Source of the DNA: Amoebidium appalachense
Lineage: Eukaryota > Protista > Ichthyosporea
DNA: 64,000 bases
Assembly (NCBI GenBank): GCA_963693365.1
Contig: CAVNZM010000001.1
Span: forward strand, 16,611,840 to 16,675,839
Direction: 5' to 3'
Shown: positions 63,411-64,000 of the stretch, in pieces
Layout: each line of letters opens with the position of its first letter
Numbering within the stretch: position 1 is the first letter of the stretch
Translations under genes and position numbers: made by a program
The notes under the pieces: generated by a model
Told to the model about the DNA's origin: nothing
Database searches by the model: none
Seen by the model: only the letters and a program-made list of their open reading frames with translations

Positions 63411-64000
63411 CCACACAGTCACGAGACACACATAAATGCTGGCACAGTCACACACACACACCAATACACACATTTACGCCTGCACGGTATGTGCCCGTCT
63501 GAAGTATCATGTATTGCACCCCCTCGCCCGTAACGGAGAACCCCTCCACGAGAATACATAACACACATACCGTGCACCATATGACTTCAGATACAGAAGG
63601 GTGTTTCCTCCCCCCCCCCCCCCTCCCCTTCTCACTCTCACACTCACCTCCCCCTCCCCCCACCCACCCACCCACCCCACCCACCCACCCTTTTCCCTTC
63701 CCCATTCCGTTCACCCTCCCCACCCCTTCGGATCACCACCACCACGGACATTGTCTCGAGTTCAGAAGATCGTATATGCATTGGTGGGATTGGAGCATAT
63801 TATGACAAGATAGGTGAGTGACCAAACAATGGCTACCTCCCCCACTCCCCCCCCCCCCCCCCTCTCCCTTAGTCTTCATATATATGCATACCGAAAAGCT
63901 TCTTCCAGATAAAGAAGAAAAACGACAGGTGGTGAGGGGTGGCAAAGTGAGAAAGAAAAGAGGGGCAAAAAGTGTGCTACATGCACCGCATTGGTTTTGA

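Overview
Eukaryotic nuclear DNA, not prokaryotic: spliced genes with canonical GT-AG introns, and introns packed with poly(C)/poly(G), (CA)n and (GA)n tracts. Almost all ORFs in the supplied track are microsatellite artefacts. Stitching exons by hand gives four host genes: an alpha/beta hydrolase (minus, 19414-28008), a secreted His-rich then Thr/Val-rich repeat protein (plus, 30095-33518), a protein with three DOMON domains plus cytochrome b561 (minus, 35672 to at least 46454), and a TM-SMP-PH lipid-transfer protein (minus, about 49211-61780). The first ~18.5 kb is repeat-dominated: two abutting ~180-bp satellites (one forming inverted arms), a possible KDZ-type transposase relic, an LTR/gag fragment, a possible GIY-YIG relic, a poly(A)-ended element with 5' monomers, and a Harbinger-type MITE. 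The most striking signal is a family of interspersed elements (6 copies: two subfamilies plus one diverged copy). All six start from a poly(C)/poly(G) tract, five sit between two such tracts, and the four best-preserved end in GCATTCAAA/GCATTCCAA-(C)n. Subfamily 1 is 5'-truncated to different lengths. This looks like a poly(C)-targeting, poly(C)-tailed retroelement, plausibly Penelope-like (Chlamys/Naiad type). No CRISPR, rRNA or tRNA was seen. The organism cannot be determined from the window.
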